From: a virus
Taxonomy: Duplodnaviria; Caudoviricetes
Direction: 5' to 3' (one strand)
Virus record (IMG/VR): IMGVR_UViG_3300043414_000517
Span: 1 to 26,525 of that record
DNA: 26,525 nt
The number at the start of each line of letters is the position of its first letter. The first letter of the stretch is position 1. The translations under genes and the position numbers were made by a program. The notes beneath the pieces were generated by a model, which was not told the DNA's origin, did no database searches, and worked only from the letters and a program-made list of their open reading frames with translations. This document shows, piece after piece, positions 24,100-26,525 of this stretch.

Positions 24100-24560
24100 C
24101 TGATAAGTTGAAGTCTATGATAAGGTGCTTTTTCAGAATCAGCTATTGTATCGTTATTATCAGCATCATACTCAACACCATCTCTTAGTATATCTTCCAT
24201 TTCGTTAGCATACATTGTTTGGTAGTGCTTCATCATTACTTGGAATCTATCTAGGTTGTCGTTAGAATTAAATTTAGTTAATTGTGGACAAGCATAAAAA
24301 CCAATTACTCTATAAACACTTGCTCGTTTAAATTGTGCATCAGTTAATTTAGTTGAGTCCATTTCATTTGAATTTAAAACAGAAATATCTCTGTAAGTTG
24401 TCTTTGCGTAAATTGGAAACCATTTGATTCTTAAATCTCTTAAAATATCTTCTCTTGCTTGTGCGTGATAATCGTTAGGTGTTGTGAATGATGAAATACC
24501 AAATGTTAAAATATCTGGTTGGTAAAATGTTAAATCTGTTTCTGTTGAATAGTTTGCCAT
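24096..24560 (-). CDS. Head-tail adaptor
   Basis: YST..DL..Y.P N-terminus, helical, first gene after the capsid. Confidence 0.7.
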   Translation of the reverse strand: MANYSTETDLTFYQPDILTFGISSFTTPNDYHAQAREDILRDLRIKWFPIYAKTTYRDISVLNSNEMDSTKLTDAQFKRASVYRVIGFYACPQLTKFNSNDNLDRFQVMMKHYQTMYANEMEDILRDGVEYDADNNDTIADSEKAPYHRLQLIR

Positions 24561-24578
24561 TGTATAATCTTGTTAAGA

Positions 24579-24602
24579 TGATGGGGCTTTTACACCCCAT
24601 CA
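24579..24602 (-). other. GC-rich hairpin with GUAAAA loop after the capsid gene (weak terminator or processing/binding site)
   Basis: tgatggggt-gtaaaa-gccccatca, no clear U-tract. Confidence 0.65.
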
Positions 24603-24612
24603 AGGTCGTTAA

Positions 24613-25467
24613 TTAAAGTGCTGAGTCCACTAATACTGTGCAACCATTAGCATCTTTAGCGATACCAACTCCGTACACAACAGTAGCTACTAACTCGTCT
24701 GCTCTCAAACTTGCATCTCTTTGAGATTCAATTTTGAAATCTTGCTTCATAGCTAATCCGATAGCTGATGGGTGAAATACTGCCCCATTAATATCGTCAT
24801 AAGCATTGATAGTAAAGTTAGCATCTTCAAATACGTTGATACCAGCGATAGTACCAATATATCCGTTTCTAAGAACGTCATCTCCTAGAGCAGAAATTGA
24901 AGTAGCAGTTGAAGCAACATAACCTGATTGAGTTAAAGTCTTTTTCAGATTGAATAATGCTTTAGGGTGAAACACAGCATTGTATGGTGCTGGTACTCCA
25001 CCTGATCTTAAAATTGCTTGTGCTTTGAAAAGCAAGTCAGCAGTAAGTTCAGTTCCTGCACCACCTAAGTCATTCGCAGAAGCGAAGTCAGAGAATAATG
25101 CAACTAAATCTACATCAACTTTTTTAGCAATTGCTTCACCAAATAATCTACCTAGATCAGCACCTACGTTTCTTGATGCTGTATTTCTAGCCATATCAGT
25201 TAGTGTTGCCATAATTCCTTTTTCGCCAACTGTGATAGTTGCGTTTGAAGTGCTTACAGCAGTATTTGTTAAATCAGTTGCTTCATTTACTGCAGCAGCC
25301 GATACAGTAGGATATATAGGTATATCAACTGTCTTACCTGCACCTGTTATAGGGTACATAGTTACTAGATTTCTTACAACTCCCATGTCTTGGAAAGTGA
25401 AGATCGCTTCTTGGATTATATTTTCGTATAGATCGTCCAGCGTTGTGTTTGTTGTTTCTGATGCCAT
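24613..25467 (-). CDS. Major capsid protein (HK97 fold)
   Basis: GKTVDIP, E.TDL, AIAKKVD.DL, G.IGTIAGINVFE, FHPSAIGLA...IE.QRD, YGVG. Confidence 0.9.
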   Translation of the reverse strand: MASETTNTTLDDLYENIIQEAIFTFQDMGVVRNLVTMYPITGAGKTVDIPIYPTVSAAAVNEATDLTNTAVSTSNATITVGEKGIMATLTDMARNTASRNVGADLGRLFGEAIAKKVDVDLVALFSDFASANDLGGAGTELTADLLFKAQAILRSGGVPAPYNAVFHPKALFNLKKTLTQSGYVASTATSISALGDDVLRNGYIGTIAGINVFEDANFTINAYDDINGAVFHPSAIGLAMKQDFKIESQRDASLRADELVATVVYGVGIAKDANGCTVLVDSAL

Positions 25468-25494
25468 TTTATTATTTTTTTTTATTGTTAGTTG

Positions 25495-26220
25495 TTAGTT
25501 TTTTATTGTTACTGCCTTCATTGTAAAGTTACCTTGTTCTCTTTTTCTTCTGATTTCAGCATATACTTTTCTGTCCTCTGAATTATTTAAGTCAAGATCA
25601 CCTATTTTGAATTGCTTAGGGGAAGCACCACCAACTTTACCTTGTGAACCACTACCACTTTGAGTAGCCATCACATGATGAGGGTTGTTTTTTAAATATT
25701 CGCTAACCAAATCATTAACTGACATTGGTTCGCCTTTGTCTGAATATCTCGGAGTTCCGTTATCGTTTATCACTTCAACAGAACCGGTATCAGATAATCT
25801 AACACTTGATCTTAGTAACTGTTTAACTTCTGCTGGTTTAACAGCTTTCAGTCCACTAGCTACATTGACTAATGTTTCGTCTATTCTGATTCTTTGCAAT
25901 TCAGATTCCAACGATTGGATTTTTGTATCCTTTTTTGAAACAGTTTCTTTCAAAACTTTATCAAATTCACCACGTTGTGTAGCGATTTCTATTTCCTTCT
26001 GTTTCTTTTCATCAAGAAGTTTTTTAGCTTCTTCAATGTCCATTCCATCTAGCTTATTAGATACAGATTTTTTATATCTCTCTAATCTTCTTTGAACAAT
26101 GTTCTCTAGTTGTTCTTCACTAAATACTTTTTGCTCTGCTACTGTAGAAACTTCTGGGTTGCCAACATTTTCCTGAGATGTTGTGTTCTCAACCGACACT
26201 TGATTTACTTTGTCGTTCAT
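25495..26220 (-). CDS. Capsid scaffolding protein
   Basis: FSEEQLENIVQRRL.R, coiled coil, NPH....SGSGS; upstream of the capsid gene. Confidence 0.85.
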   Translation of the reverse strand: MNDKVNQVSVENTTSQENVGNPEVSTVAEQKVFSEEQLENIVQRRLERYKKSVSNKLDGMDIEEAKKLLDEKKQKEIEIATQRGEFDKVLKETVSKKDTKIQSLESELQRIRIDETLVNVASGLKAVKPAEVKQLLRSSVRLSDTGSVEVINDNGTPRYSDKGEPMSVNDLVSEYLKNNPHHVMATQSGSGSQGKVGGASPKQFKIGDLDLNNSEDRKVYAEIRRKREQGNFTMKAVTIKN

Positions 26221-26300
26221 TGTTTGTTCTCCTTCTATATTGTTATATTAGCTAATTATCAAGATAATTGTAAAAATGCAACAGAGTTGTTGCTTAAATG

Positions 26301-26525
26301 TCAAACAGTATATTCAAAAGTGCCATCTTCATTTACAGTTCCCCAATCTGTACTTATTGGTTGCCAATGATGTCTGCAATTATATCCACCTCTATCTAAG
26401 AATGGGTCGCTTCCTGATTTACCTTGCCACTCACTTTGCCATAAATCTCTAGCTTCTTCTTCTGTAAATATTTTGTTTGTATGTTCAACGCAAAAATCTC
26501 TACTGTCTCTAATGATTGAACCATA
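26301..26525 (-). CDS. Minor head / head morphogenesis protein (MuF/SPP1 gp7-like), 3' end only
   Basis: YG...DSRDFC...W.GK...DPF..RGGYNCRHHW; runs off the window end. Confidence 0.8.
   Translation of the reverse strand, partial: YGSIIRDSRDFCVEHTNKIFTEEEARDLWQSEWQGKSGSDPFLDRGGYNCRHHWQPISTDWGTVNEDGTFEYTV

Noticed and set aside
11077-24103. Plus-strand ORFs 11077-11352, 15900-16103, 21168-21395 and 23897-24103
   Set aside because: Antisense shadows within the late operon.
24980-26370. Plus-strand ORFs 24980-25498, 25685-26095 and 26110-26370
   Set aside because: Antisense shadows of the capsid, scaffold and minor head genes.

Overview
About 26.5 kb of a small, AT-rich, long-tailed (siphovirus-type) dsDNA phage genome. 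A LexA-type box suggests an alphaproteobacterial, possibly SAR11-like, host (inference). Left to right: (i) a leftward replication-related block (GH73 hydrolase, replication initiator, DnaA-domain-IV-like protein, DUF968/HNH-like protein); (ii) a divergent control region (2626-2838) with a perfect DnaA box, an alpha-type SOS box and an IHF-like site; (iii) a rightward early block of many tiny ORFs, an XRE-HTH protein, a PD-(D/E)XK exonuclease, an SSB-like protein and a second nuclease; (iv) a long leftward late operon running from head (minor head protein, scaffold, capsid) through neck, tail (tube, frameshifted chaperone, tape measure, Dit, hub, J-like tip, fibre) to envelope and lysis genes. 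No terminase, portal or integrase is visible in the window. The main finding is a 1.5-kb invertible tail-fibre cassette (13794-15295) bounded by perfect 27-bp inverted repeats, holding two alternative fibre C-termini with one small partner gene each, and with no recognisable invertase in the window. The second is an RTX-toxin-activating acyltransferase (HlyC)-like gene inside the tail-tip operon. All family calls are by eye from motifs; no searches were run.
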